Positions 1 to 54,511 of a DNA stretch of 64,000 nucleotides are shown here, piece after piece; positions within the stretch are counted from its first letter, which is position 1, and every line of letters begins with the position of its first letter. The DNA is taken from the NCBI GenBank assembly GCA_020137815.1, contig CM035353.1, positions 6,634,001 through 6,698,000 of the forward strand, given 5' to 3'. This stretch comes from Hormiphora californensis. Taxonomy: Eukaryota; Animalia; Ctenophora. The position numbers were made by a program, and so were the translations under genes. Under the pieces are notes generated by a model that saw only the letters and a program-made list of their open reading frames with translations, ran no database searches and was not told the DNA's origin.

Positions 1-1208
1 GTGTAGGTTGGGGAGGTGATTGAGTGCTGGATGCGACCCCAGAATGCGAGGCGACATGTTGGCGAGTTGATGTCCATATCAAGACGACTTATTATCACCA
101 TACTGTGCGGGACACACTGTACTACGTGTTCAAGTTCCAGCAACGCAAACACACCATCCTTCTCCTCCGGGTAACTCTCCTCAAATTGGTATCTGTTTTC
201 AAACGAAAACTCCCCTCCTTCTTTGGTTGGAGAGCTAAAGAAAGTCAGCTGACCTAGGACGGTTTCATGTCCGACGCTGATATGATATTTAGTCTTGCTG
301 GTTACAGAGCCCTTGTAGTAAGGCACCTTGTGAAGATCAATTATAAGAGCATGTACCATTTGTACCGCATCACCTGTGTACACAAGACCACGCTCGAGGA
401 GTTTTGCATCAAATTGTGTCACACAAATACCCGCTCTGTCACCTGCTGAAACTTTATCAACTGACTTGTGAAACACCTGCATACTCTTAACCTTCCGCTC
501 CAGTTTCGTGTCTGCTATTTTGATAGTTCCATTGACGGCTATACTCCCGGAGAGACAAGTACCGGTAAAGATTGTTCCTTGGCCACGGATCCCAAAACAA
601 TGATCAACAGCGAACACGAAATCGCCAGCCGTATCGCGAGTCCTCAGTTTTACGTTATTTGAAATGACACTCACGAGGTCAGTGATGCCGATGTTGCTCC
701 CAGCTGAACATGATATCACTTTACAATCCTTGAACTTGGTTTTCGAAAGGGTCAGGCTTATCTTCTTAGTGACTTTAGCTATCTGTGCATCCCTCTTTGC
801 TTCCGGTATAAGATCAACTTTGTTCAGTACTACCAGAAGATTATCACACGTTAACTCCCCGATAATCAGACACTCTGCAGTTTGCGTTTGGATCCCTTTC
901 ATAATGTCAACCACCAGAATCATCATGTCAATGATGTGTGCTCCTCCTATCACGGTTTTTAACAGCGAGGCATGCCCTGGACAATCCACCAACGTGACTA
1001 ACAATTCCTCGTGACAGCTACCAAGGTGAGCGGGGAAGGGCATTTTAAAGGAGGAAAATCCTAAATCCAACGTTATTCCCCGCTCTTTACTTTGGGGATT
1101 TTTGTCAAAACATGCCGTCGATGCCACCTCACTGAGGGACTTGGCCAGCGTCGTTTTCCCGCTATCGACATGACCGAGAATCCCGATGTTGTAGTTAGGT
1201 AGGCTCAT
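1..1208 (-). CDS. EEFSEC: Selenocysteine-specific translation elongation factor eEFSec, N-terminal part; continues beyond the left window edge
   Basis: ATG at 1208 reads MSLPNYNIGILGHVDSGKTTLAKSLSEVASTACFDKNPQSKERGITLDLGFSSF...DCPGHASL...GIQTQTAECL...NKVD...SRLDMDINSPTCRLAFWG, which are diagnostic eEFSec motifs. No stop is reached in the window, which is why it is missing from the ORF track. Confidence 0.95.
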   Translation of the reverse strand, partial: MSLPNYNIGILGHVDSGKTTLAKSLSEVASTACFDKNPQSKERGITLDLGFSSFKMPFPAHLGSCHEELLVTLVDCPGHASLLKTVIGGAHIIDMMILVVDIMKGIQTQTAECLIIGELTCDNLLVVLNKVDLIPEAKRDAQIAKVTKKISLTLSKTKFKDCKVISCSAGSNIGITDLVSVISNNVKLRTRDTAGDFVFAVDHCFGIRGQGTIFTGTCLSGSIAVNGTIKIADTKLERKVKSMQVFHKSVDKVSAGDRAGICVTQFDAKLLERGLVYTGDAVQMVHALIIDLHKVPYYKGSVTSKTKYHISVGHETVLGQLTFFSSPTKEGGEFSFENRYQFEESYPEEKDGVFALLELEHVVQCVPHSMVIISRLDMDINSPTCRLAFWGRIQHSITSPTY

Positions 1209-1926
1209 ACCTTATCTACATGCTCAACAAGCTGTGATGGTATTATTAATAATTTTACCAGATACGAGTGAAAGAAAAGAAATACAGAAATGAAATTGAA
1301 AAAAACGTTGGCAAACGCTTAAAAAAAACGACAAATGTCTGTCCGAAAAAAACGGTGAAACATTTTGAGAAATTGTATTAAGCCGCGCACGCGCACCCTC
1401 AAATGCATCGCAAATAAATTAATTTCGCGTGCTTTTGTAAGTTAAAATTTACTCATGAAAAAATTAATCTTCTTTCATTGTAATTTACTGCTTATAAAAA
1501 GTGATTTTCAAGATAATGACATGATTATTTCTTTGAATTTGAGAAGCGAAACTTGATGAAACAAACACAGGTATCGCGCGTTTATGTCACGGTCGATATG
1601 TTTGCGCACGCTTACCACAGAGAAATGTCTCCGCGCCTGACGTTTATGTAATCCCGCCAAAACTCTGGCTCAGGGTGAAATCTTCTCAGTTCACCGCTTT
1701 TCGAATTCCAAAACAGTTTGAAACTTTCAATGTTCAACTTTTTTGGGACACTGCATATAGACACTTAATTTAGCATACATCCTCCGTTTGTTGTTTCTGC
1801 GGGTTGACGATTCAATGATGTAGATACAAAGATCAAAACAACTGGAATTTATCAGTGCAAAAGATTACAGTAAAAAACATATACATTGTTAATGTTGAAT
1901 AAATTCCTAACAACAGATCTCAGTGT

Positions 1927-22310
<20,384 letters not shown>

Positions 22311-23053
22311 TCTAAGGAGGTATAAAATTATTTGGAATCCTTAAGGTAAAAATTCTAAGTTTTTCAGTCCCCTGTTGTCGCCGGAGGGGTGCAAAGCAAG
22401 CCAAAAACTTTATGCGACTCTTGAAAAAAAATCTTTACGAAAGAGAAAAAATATATATTTTTTTTTTTTTGGGGGGAGAGCACTCCCGTAAACAATCTTT
22501 GATGCTGAGAGTTCTCAGTTGTTATTAAAATACATGCGCTCTTGCGCTATCACGGACTAAAATAATAAATTTAAAAAAAACAATTGTTCATTGACACACT
22601 CTCATGTTCCAAAGATCATCAGATGTAGTTTCGGTCTTCTTCCCACGGAATTTTTTTTGAAAATTCACTAACCCCAACACCGATTGGCATCACTTTCCGA
22701 CAGCCGAAGAGAAGCTGCCGAAGAGAGAAAGGGGGTAACCGTATGAAGAGTTAATCGCGATGAGTCTCATTCACATTGGGTTCGATCATTTGCCCACGGA
22801 ATCCACGGATCGAAAGGGTGAGAAAAAATATTTAAAAAAAAGCTGTCATTTTTATGAAATAATTCGCGCGCGCATTGATTTTTCAACAAACGCTGCGTCT
22901 CGCAATAAAGCGGCGCTTTTTATATTTAATAGCGCGTTACATTAAATGATTTTAATATAATTTACATCATGATCATAAACGCAAGAAAATGAACTAAAGC
23001 AAGAAAATGAACTAAACAGAACAAATATGAAAATCTAAATAAAAATGGAGGAA

Positions 23054-23713
23054 AGACAGAGACAGAGACAGAGACAGAGACAGAGACAGAGACAGAGACA
23101 GAGACAGAGACAGAGACAGAGACAGAGACAGAGACAGAGACAGAGACAGAGACAGAGACAGAGACAGAGACAGAGACAGAGACAGAGACAGAGACAGAGA
23201 CAGAGACAGAGACAGAGACAGAGACAGAGACAGAGACAGAGACAGAGACAGAGACAGAGACAGAGACAGAGACAGAGACAGAGACAGAGACAGAGACAGA
23301 GACAGAGACAGAGACAGAGACAGAGACAGAGACAGAGACAGAGACAGAGACAGAGACAGAGACAGAGACAGAGACAGAGACAGAGACAGAGACAGAGACA
23401 GAGACAGAGACAGAGACAGAGACAGAGACAGAGACAGAGACAGAGACAGAGACAGAGACAGAGACAGAGACAGAGACAGAGACAGAGACAGAGACAGAGA
23501 CAGAGACAGAGACAGAGACAGAGACAGAGACAGAGACAGAGACAGAGACAGAGACAGAGACAGAGACAGAGACAGAGACAGAGACAGAGACAGAAACTGT
23601 CTTTGCTGAGACAGAGACAGAGACAGAGACAGAGACAGAGACAGAGACAGAGACAGAGACAGAGACAGAGACAGAGACAGAGACAGAGACAGAGACAGAG
23701 ACAGAGACAGAGA
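23054..23713. repeat. (GAGACA)n hexanucleotide microsatellite, ~660 bp with one interruption
   Basis: Directly visible; it generates the spurious RQ/SV ORFs. Confidence 0.97.
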
Positions 23714-24931
23714 TGTTTTCTGGGCCCAAATAAATCATTAAATCGGTTCAGCTCTGCCCTAGTGCCCTAGTGCCCTACACGCGACTTTATTATATAGTAT
23801 TATTATATATCATATATATTATTATAGAGTCTATAAGTAAACTCTTTATTCAATCATTTTCAATTTTCTAAGTTTGGTATAGTTTGGTACTATAGGTGCC
23901 TGTCACTGCAGCAGTGCAATGGCATGCCAGTCCAATGTATTTTTGCTCCGATATAGGTAGCTTCTCTCGTGTGGTTGGGCCCCATGTGATTACCCTGGTT
24001 TCCTTGTTGTTCCTTGAGACCCACTATATTGTTGTGCACTTACCCCGTGTGGTGACTTGACACTACCGCGTACTTGCAGAGTTTGCTTTTCTGTCCCCTA
24101 TATTCCACAGCTTATAGTGCTCTTTAGTCTTTACCTCCTTCCCCTAGCCGCTAGTTAATACATGCAATGTCTAACACAGGTTACATGTCAATTGTCATTG
24201 ACTGTGATCGCAGGGGATACTGAATATTTTAATTACCAGAGTTGAACCCTGATCGATGCCACATCGCATGTGCTAGACACGTGCAAACCCAATCGCAGTA
24301 TACCCATCATGTTATAAAATATATGTATATGCTCCTCTCCTCGCCGTTCGGTCGCATATGTGTCACTCATTAACATTATGTTCCCCTAGCATCACACTGA
24401 TATCATATGTTCCACGTTCCCACGGTCACATGAGAGAGCAGCTACTTGATCAGAAAACTTACCACGCATCCTTCCATCCTTCACTAACTTGATTGTTGTG
24501 TAAAACTCCTCCCCCAGAGGAGCTGCTGCCATGGCAACACGCCGCCCTCTTTCTATATATATTAGTTGTCTGATATTTGTCACTCGAGACCGCGGGATGG
24601 GGCGGGGAGTAGTACAATAACTCATTCAGTACTTTCATTTTTCGAGAGAACTCTTTCTCCAATCTCCATGTGGTATGTGATATTGTAGTGTGTTGGATAT
24701 TGGTAAACTGGGAGTGACGGCGTGTTATACAATAAAGGATTTGGAGAGCCATCACTTGAAGCTATGCTAATCGGACTCCATTGAGAGACAGGGAGATCGG
24801 AGGGAGAGAGATTTTATTGTGTACTTGTTCGGTGGAATTGATTTGTCTCCCACTCTCCCAATGGCGAAACTGTCTTTGCTGTGTAAACGATAAGTTGTAT
24901 GTAGATGTCGGGAACTAGGACTACTACTGTA

Positions 24932-25171
24932 CACTATAATAGTGAACCATAATAAAGTCCAAGAGCCTCTAAGAGTATCCAAGAGCGCACCAGATCCAAA
25001 AGAGACCAAATTCAACAGCGCACCCATCGGCCCCATCCAAAAGATACAAAATCCAAGAGCGTACCGCATCCAGAAGAGACCGAGGTCAAGAGCGGTATCT
25101 TTTGGATGGGGAGCTCTCTTGGAGTGGTCTCTTCTGGATGTGGTACGCTCTTGAATTTTATCACTATAATA
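24932..25171. mobile_element. Probable MITE with CCAAGAG sub-repeats, flanked by the direct repeat CACTATAATA
   Basis: TAAAGTCCAAGAGC...GCTCTTGAATTTTA inverted ends; ~10-bp flanking duplication. Confidence 0.5.
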
Positions 25172-25328
25172 TTCAGTTTACTTTGAAATTAAATGTCATT
25201 CAGTTATTAGCTGATCATAGCAAGTAACTTATAATTCAGAGATTCCTATCATATTCTTCATGCATATAGTCAGGATTTCTCGCATAGGTGCTCAACTAAC
25301 GTATCCGTATGACAATTATTGAGAGAGA

Positions 25329-25378
<50 letters not shown>

Positions 25379-27120
25379 TGCAGAAAGAGAGCAACGTGTT
25401 ACATAGCCAGAGAATGAAATATAAACAGTAAAATGTTTCTTCTAGGAAGAAGTAGCCGTCATTTAAATATAATTGTTGCCTAAGCTACTCATCTTTAAAT
25501 TTATCCTTTGACGTGTCCAATAGTTTTTTCTTCTAACAGTGCCAGATCATGCTCAGCTTCAAATTATACAAAACTCAAAACTTTCGATAAAGAGCTCCTC
25601 GCTCTTACATTCTTACAAAGAGCTGACATGAGAGAGCTGACAGAGTTTTGAAACGAAAGTTTGACCACTCTGTATGGCGGCGCCCATACCCCAATTTGAT
25701 TCTCAGTGCGCTCAGATCGGGTCGGCGGCGCCAAACAGTGACCACTGCGCTTCTTGTAATCTTAAGATCTTGTTCCCTCCAACAAAACAAAAATGTCTCC
25801 CATAGAACCGGAAGAATGCTCTTGCATCATGGTTCTGTAAACTGAAATTCATCAATTCTTCCCTAAAATGTTCTACATAAAACATGTTTAAATTACTAGA
25901 TGTGATGTTTGTCAATGTGTCATATCGCACAGTCCAGACGACCAGACACATATACGTAACATAACACTGACCAACTGACTAGTGTGGTGGGTGAAAACAC
26001 ACATGATATTAGCCTCCTTGAAATACAATACACACAGCAGACTTGTAATTTCTAGTGCTGGTATATGATCTTGTTACTTGACCTTCTTTTTAGTAAGCTG
26101 GGTGGTACTCAACAATTTAGAGGACACTGGACAGGGTATTCCTCTAAGCCAGTGGCATTCAATTGGTTGATAGTCACATCCCTATACATGCTTTATCAAT
26201 AGTCAGCTGTTTCTCCCTCAATCAACTCTTTTTTATCTCCCCATGTTTTTCCCAAGCAAGCAACGCTTACATTTCACTGTAATTTGCAGCTCTTCTGCAG
26301 ATAGATATTAGTTTAATCTTCGTCCACTATGGTTATGCGGAATTAATGCGAAATAATTTGTCTTTCTCTGTCAGTGATTGCGGGTTGTGTTTATTCCCAG
26401 AATTAACTGGTCGCTATGGCAACATTTCCAACATAACAAGCAGGATCTCATCAGATATCAAGTGGAGGGGAGCGTAGACAGCAATTTGAGAGAAAAAGAG
26501 GATGTGAATCAGAACTAGATAGAGAGATAGAGAGAGCTTGTACTTGCAAGGGAATCACATTACAATTAGTTGCCTCGATGTGGTTATGTTGTGCTTCACA
26601 GGTTGTAGTTTACTTCTTTTCTCCGTTTCTATAGTCTTATTTTATTCTTCGTAAAGACGCTGCTCACTCTAAGGCAGCGGATTACGGGGGCCGGAATTGT
26701 TTTGTTCAAACAAGGCAAGGCCGGAATAGATTACCCCTTTGATATGTGATTTCCAGAGAATTGAAATAAGCTCATATGCATAATTTACACTCTGTGCTGC
26801 TGCACTAGCCGTGCTTAAATCTGCATGACAAAGAATAGTGGCGAATTGAAATTGAGAGCGATGTAGGTATTGTTGTGTTGTGGGAGAATCACAACACCAC
26901 AAGCTACACAAACGTCTAGACCTTGCCGCACAATAGTGGCACTGACTGTACATAGCATAGCGCACATATCGGCCTCACGTAGCGGAGAGGCCGACGGTCA
27001 TGTATGAGACAAGCCCTCTGTGAACCGTGGGTGACATGGACATGTACAATCTAGACCTAACTTATTGCAGCTTGTTTGACTCTCTCTCCTTACTTATACT
27101 GTTCTATAATATTATAGTAC

Positions 27121-30100
27121 CTCGACCAAAACGCGGAGTTTTTACGTCAGCCGACCCGAAACCTGATTAAATTTTGCCACCCGCTGGTCTCAGGGCCTCC
27201 ATATATGTCAAAATATGTCTAAATTGTCATTTGGGGTCATTTAGACCTTTTAATTACATGTAATTACCCTTTAATTACATGTAATTACATTTTAATTACA
27301 TGCAATTACTTCCAATTACATTCCAATTACTTCAGCACCTCGAGAGCTTTCGAACGCACCCTAGAACACCTTTCTACTCCTTCTAATTGCCGAGTTCTGT
27401 ATACCCCTTATTTTGACTGTTTTTCGCGTCCTACCCCTTATAGGTTTGGGTATGGCCATCGCCACACCCCCTATACGTCGCGGGACCTCGAGACCTTTCC
27501 AACGAGCCATAGAACACCTCTCTACTACTTCAGGGGGCTTCAAAACTTTCACTCTAAAAATATCTATGGTTTATGGTTATGGTTATGGTTTTATGGTTAT
27601 GGTTTTTTTTCATCTGGTATTAAGGGCCTGTCGGCTCGGCCCCGTTGTTTTAGTTTTAGGGGGGATGTTTTAGGGGGGATGGATTGAGTTTGGGTTATAT
27701 TCGGGTCGGGGGGCCTTACCAGGCCCCGAATGGTTTTTTTTTCATCTGGTATTAAGGGCCTGTCGGCTCGGCCCCGTTGTTTTAGTTTTAGGGGGGATGT
27801 TTTAGGGGGGATGGGTTGAGTTTGGGTTATATTCGGGTCGGGGGGCCTTGCCAGGCCCCGAATCGACCAAAACGCGGAGTTTTTACGTCAGCCGACCCGA
27901 AACCGGATTAAATTTGGCCACCCGCTGGTCTCAGGGCCTCTAAATATGTCAAAATATGTTTAAATTATTATTCTGGGTCATTTAGATCCTTTAATTACAT
28001 GTAATTACCCTTTAATTACATGTAATTACATTTTAATTACATGTAATTACTTCCAATTACATTCCAATTACTTTAGGACCTCGAGAGCTTTCGAACGCAC
28101 CCTAGAACACCTTTCTACTCCTTCTAATTGCCGAGTTCTGTATACCCCTTATTTTGACTGTTTTTCGCGTCCTACCCCTTATAGGTTTGGGTATGGTCAT
28201 CGCCACACCCCCTATACGTCGCGGGACCTCGAGACCTTTCCAACGAGCCATAGAACACCTCTCTACTACTTCAGGGGGCTTCAAAACTTTCACTCTAAAA
28301 ATATCTATGGTTTATGGTTATGGTTTTACCTCGACCAAAACGCGGAGTTTTTACGTCAGCCGACCCGAAACCGGATTAAATTTTGCCACCCGCTGGTCTC
28401 AGGGCCTCCAAATATGTCAAAATATGTTTAAATTATCATTTGGGATCATGCAGACCTTTTAATTACATGTAATTACCCTTTAATTACATGTAATTACCCT
28501 TTAATTACATGTAATTACTTCCAATTACATTCCAATTACTTCAGCACCTCGAGAGCTTTCGAACGCACCCTAGAACACCTTTCTACTCCTTCTAATTGCC
28601 GAGTTCTGTATACCCCTTATTTTGACTGTTTTTCGCGTCCTACCCCTTATAGGTTTGGGTATGGCCATCGCCACACCCCCTATACGTCGCGGGACCTCGA
28701 GACCTTTCCAACGAGCCATAGAACACCTCTCTACTACTTCAGGGGGCTTCAAAACTTTCACTCTAAAAATATCTATGGTTTTATGGTTTTATGGTTTATG
28801 GTTACCTCGACCAAAACGCGGAGTTTTTACGTCAGCCGACCCGAAACCGGATTAAATTTTGCCACCCGCTGGTCTCAGGGCCTTCAAATATGTCAAAATA
28901 TGTCTGAATTGTCATTTGGGGTCATTTAGACCTTTTAAATACATGTAATTACCCTTTAATTACATGTAATTACATTTTAATTACATGTAATTACTTCCAA
29001 TTACATTCCAATTACTTCAGCACCTCGAGAGCTTTCGAACGCACCCTAGAACACCTTTCTACTCCTTCTAATTGCCGAGTTCTGTATACCCCTTATTTTG
29101 ACTGTTTTTCGCGTCCTACCCCTTATAGGTTTGGGTATGGCCATCGCCACACCCCCTATACGTCGCGGGACCTCGAGACCTTTCCAACGAGCCATAGAAC
29201 ACCTCTCTACTACTTCAGCGGGCTTCAAAACTTTCACTCTAAAAATATCTATGGTTTATGGTTTATGGTTACTCGACCAAAACGCGGAGTTTTTACGTCA
29301 GCCGACCCGAAACCTGATTAAATTTGGCCACCCGCTGGTCTCAGGGCCTCCAAATATGTCAAAATATGTCTAAATTGTCATTTGGGGTCATTTAGACCTT
29401 TTAATTACATGTAATTACCCTTTAATTACATGTAATTACATTTTAATTACATGTAATTACTTCCAATTACATTCCAATTACTTCAGTACCTCGAGAGCTT
29501 TCGAACGCACCCTAGAACACCTTTCTACTGCTTCTAATTGCCGAGATCTGCATACCCCTTATTTTGACTGTTTTTCGCGTCCTACCCCTTATGGGTTTGG
29601 GTACGGCCATCGCCGCACCCCCTATACGTCGCGGGACCTCGAGACCTTTCCAACGAGCCATAGAAAACCTCTCTACGACTTCAGGGGGCTTCAAAACTTT
29701 CACTCTAAAAATATCTATGGTTTATGGTTTATGGTTTATGGTTTTTTTTTCATCTGGTATTAAGGGCCTGTCGGCTCGGCCCCGTTGTTGTAGGGGGGAT
29801 TGGTTGAGTTTGGGTTATATTCGGGTCGGGGGGCCTTGCCAGGCCCCGAATGGTTAACTCGACCAAAACGCGGAGTTTTTACGTCAGCCGACCCGAAACC
29901 TGATTAAATTTGGCCACCCGCTGGTCTCAGGGTATCCAAATTTGTCAAAATATGTCTAAATTGTCATTTGGGGTCATTTAGACCTTTTAATTACATGTAA
30001 TTACCCTTTAATTACATGTAATTACATTTTAATTACATGTAATTACTTCCAATTACATTCCAATTACTTCAGCACCTCGAGAGCTTTCGAACGCACCCTA

Positions 30101-30607
30101 GAACACCTTTCTACTCCTTCAAATTGCCGAGTTCTGTATACCCCTTATTTTGACTGTTTTTCGCGTCCTACCCCTTATTGCTTATAGGTTTTGGTATGGC
30201 CATCGCCACACCCCCTATACGTCGCGGGACCTCGAGACCTTTCCAACGAGCCATAGAACACCTCTCTACTACCTCAGGGGGCTTCAAAACTTTCACTCTA
30301 AAAATATCTATGGTTTATGGTTATGGTTTATGGTTTATGGTTTATGGTTTTTTTTTCATCTGGTATTAAGGGCCTGTCGGCTCGGCCCCGTTGTTTTAGT
30401 TTTAGGGGGGATGTTTTAGGGGGGATGGGTTGAGTTTGGGTTATATTCGGGTCGGGGGGCCTTGCCAGGCCCCGAATGGTTTTTTTTCATCTGGTATTAA
30501 GGGCCTGTCGGCTCGGCCCCGTTGTTTTAGTTTTAGGGGGGATGTTTTAGGGGGGATGGGTTGAGTTTGGGTTATATTCGGGTCGGGGGGCCTTGCCAGG
30601 CCCCGAA
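27121..30607. repeat. Composite tandem array: six ~470-bp A units and five ~130-bp B units (Helentron/HINE-like non-autonomous elements)
   Basis: A units (CTCGACCAAAACGCGG...TATGGTT tail) at ~27121, 27863, 28330, 28807, 29272, 29858. B units (TTTTCATCTGGTATTAAGGGCC...GGCCCCGAAT) at ~27603, 27735, 29742, 30348, 30479. Confidence 0.9.
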
Positions 30608-32324
30608 TAATATAATACTACCCTGATGTTCTATACTTAATCACTGAATCACCTACACCTTATAGAATTCAGATCGAATAAGAATAGTAACCATTAACTA
30701 CATATATAGAATTATACAAGGTCTATGCTCTCTGTATTATAGTTATGAATAAATTCTTTTGCAAAACAGCTCCTGTCATAATATGCACGTTAATTATGAT
30801 CTGTCAGAGCATTGGCCTGACCCATTCTCGTTTCTCTCAAATTCTCCCGTTCTGCACGCGGAGCGCGCGAGAACTGTGGTCAGAGCATTGGCCTGACAGA
30901 TTATGATCAACGATCGACAATTCCTTGAGCGATCATTAAACAATTGACGAATGATAACATTTGTTTATCTGCCATCGTTTATCAATCGATTGTCGGTTGA
31001 TCCACACGTGCAGACGTCAAACTAAATATAGAGTCCCTTTATTTTTCAACCCCATATATTGATAAAACATTTTATAGTGCGTACCAGGAATTTAGATGAA
31101 AGCATTTTCTCTTAGATTTGGATATAACTCATCTGATATGCGTTAAACTGCTACCCTAATTTTACACACACGGCAGTATCCCGCGGCCCCTTTCTAGCAC
31201 ACCTGCAGATGCCACATTCTCTGTGTAAATTCATGACTAGTATTTTCTCTGTGAATTGTGGATCCTATGTGGTCATGATGACCCCTTGCTCATGGCCTGT
31301 GTAATTGGTCTCCCATTAGAGAAATCACCTAAAATATTCTCAACGAATGTGATTCACATATTCGCCGTGTTGAGTAACAAAAGCATTCCCCGCCGAGTAT
31401 CTTTCTGTATTGAGGGATGGGTAAATGGGCAACACACTGCATCAGTACTGCACTTTATTGAGTAAGTAGGTACAGAGTTAGTAACTAGCCACTAAATAGT
31501 AAATCTGTACCTCTAGCTCAGTGTAGCTTAGTGTCAATAGAGAATATTGAATAAGGATCTGTTGGTTGTTTATTAGCCTCAAAATCAGTAAATAAATCTT
31601 GATTTCTCCTTCCGGCTGGACGAATTGATAAACGGGTATAGCCGGAAGGAGAAATGAAGACTCATTCACTTGGTGTAGATAATATATGCAGAAGTCGTTT
31701 GAAGTTTTGGGAATTTTCTAATTTGCTTCACACTCTAGGACAATTCAAATACTATGATATTTTTGTCCAGCGTCCAATGCAGGATGCTGAATTTTCGTTG
31801 CAAAGCGCTTGGCAGTTGAATTGAACGAACATGTTTCGTAGACTTCTTCTCAAGCAACGATACATCACAAACTTTTTACACTCGATCCTCCTGTCTCTCT
31901 TTTCATGCATACTTTAGACTTTGTAAACATTATGTTTGGACTCGGTCATCCCTCTCCCCAATATAAGAGGGTGTAACCACAAGGCACCTAATTAGTCAAG
32001 TGCTTGTTTGTTTTCTTTGAGACCCGCAACCACATGTCATGAGTCTTTATATGTGTGAGCTGGAGGCTTTGTCTTATTTATAATAGTACAATAGCCATGT
32101 ACAAGCTGTTGTCCTTTGTTGCCCCCTTCCCCAAACATGTCCTGGCACCATCTTATTATCTTATCTTCTTATGATCATGTAATAGGTTCCATATTTCTGG
32201 CTCTGTCATATACATCACATATAAAGAGTATACTAGTAGAGCTGGGACGATCGCCCTACAACTGAGTTCTATAATGGGCTTTCGTTTTTCCTTCCTGGTA
32301 CCCTTCTGTATCAACTATCAGTTT

Positions 32325-52577
<20,253 letters not shown>

Positions 52578-54511
52578 ATGGTTTTGTTACTCAGATATGT
52601 TTATATACTGTGCTGATAATATGCAGGCCGTGTTTATTTTTAGGCCACTCATGCCGTTGGGCCAAGCGGGTCTATTCCATACAACGTTTGGATGGACACT
52701 TAAGTGTTCAAATTATGAATCGCTGTTGTTGTGTTGCCATGGTTAGTAGAACTCTAACGTGGTTGCCATGGTTAGTAGAACTCTAACATATTCCCAACGT
52801 GTTTAGAGCCCAGCTAAATACAAACCACTTCATTAAAGTACACTTTGACAGTAGGTAACAGTGGTGTGTCCCAATTACAATACCGTACTATAATTGTGCA
52901 GCCCTACATCTGCTAAGGGCTCTTGATACTCAGATACTCAGATAGACAGTTGGGTGATCGGATAACTGTTTATTAGCCTCATGTTTGATAGTCAGAGTTT
53001 TTGTTATTCTCTCTGGGCTGAGCAAATGAACCAGACGGGTATAATGTCGACATTATACCCGTCTGGTTCATTTGTTCAGCCTAGAGAGAATAACAAAAAC
53101 TCTGACTATCAGATACTCAGATACTATACTGTCCAATGTCCATGTCATAGCATCTGTCACGTGATGAATCAAACCGACAAACTCAATCGTATAATCATGA
53201 TCGTTGTTTTTTACGTTAATTAAATGGGAAATTCAGTGAAGCAGTACTTGATCATTTGGGGTGTGAGTGTTGTTGTGAATCTATATTCTATAATATGTAT
53301 CTGCGTGTTATAGGCCCACCGCCTACCAAGTATATCAGATACACTTGTGATACAGTTATGTGATCAGCTTCATTTTATTTCCCCTAAACAAGGGCCCTAA
53401 CACCAGCTCATTCCCCCTCCTCAGACGAACACAGGAGGACCCCATTTATGATGATATCTCAGGACCCACCTGCTGCTACTCCTGCTGCCCAAACGGAGAA
53501 CGATATCTCTGAGGACCATATCTATGAAGATCATGACACCTTTGGACCTCCTTCAGTTGCTCTACGACCCGCAGTAGACCGGGCTGCTGAGTGAGGTGCC
53601 TAGTGCGAGTGATCGGAAGATCAAAAGAGATCACCCTTGGAAGGAATGTGAAAGATGGAATTAGGGAGAAGGTGGAGACCTATGAGAATTTGATTGAAGA
53701 TGCCCGGGTAGGGCTGGGAGTGGCGGGTGGGAGCTCGTTAATGAGAAATGAATCGGGAACAGCACAGGTTGACACGAGTTTTCAAGTTCCCCAACGAACA
53801 AGGAGTGGAGATAGTGATAGTGATAGTAGGTCACCGTTAAAACTGTGATCAATGTGTGTACTGTTATCATTTAGTTAGTATTTTAGTGTGCAGGTGATTT
53901 ACATGTGATTTTAGTGCAGTTCCAAGCAGAACGATGGCAGTTTTTCAATCAGTGAATTAAAAAAGCTCAATTTTCATGGAACCAAAGTCCGAGATAATTG
54001 TTTTTTGATAACGCATGCAGTATACGGTATGCTTATATGAGAATGGTGATCAATAACTGTAGATAGATAGTAATCGATTTAATAACGAATTTAAAGCTCA
54101 AAATATTGCAAGTGTTTCAAGTCTTTTTTCTTCGGTTCTGAGTTTCTTACACAACACATAGTAGATATGTTCTGGATTTGATTCTTTTTTACTTTCCTCA
54201 AAATCATATCAATTAGTTTTATTTCTAACTAAAAAGCCCAAATCGATAACACCTGGTCCTAGTTTGCAAAATGATTTCATTTTGCTTGTCTGGCGCCGCG
54301 AACCCCATCTGTCGACCAAAACGCACAAATGGGGTCCGCGGCACCGGACAGTATATGAAAGTGGTTGTGGTTGTGGGTTGTCCTTTCAAGTGTATCAGAT
54401 GATAAATCATTTGTAATCGGATTAACAAACTATGTACAAGAATTCATAAAACAAAGTCACATGGTTTAGGATAAATAATAGGGGATATATCTCTCAGTTA
54501 TATAACAGGCG

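Noticed and set aside
22962-23770. Poly-SV and poly-RQ ORFs
   Set aside because: Translations of the (GAGACA)n microsatellite.
27361-30419. Repeated 63-102-aa ORFs (MKVLKPP.., MTVFRVLP..)
   Set aside because: Satellite-unit translations with non-ATG starts and frameshifts between copies.
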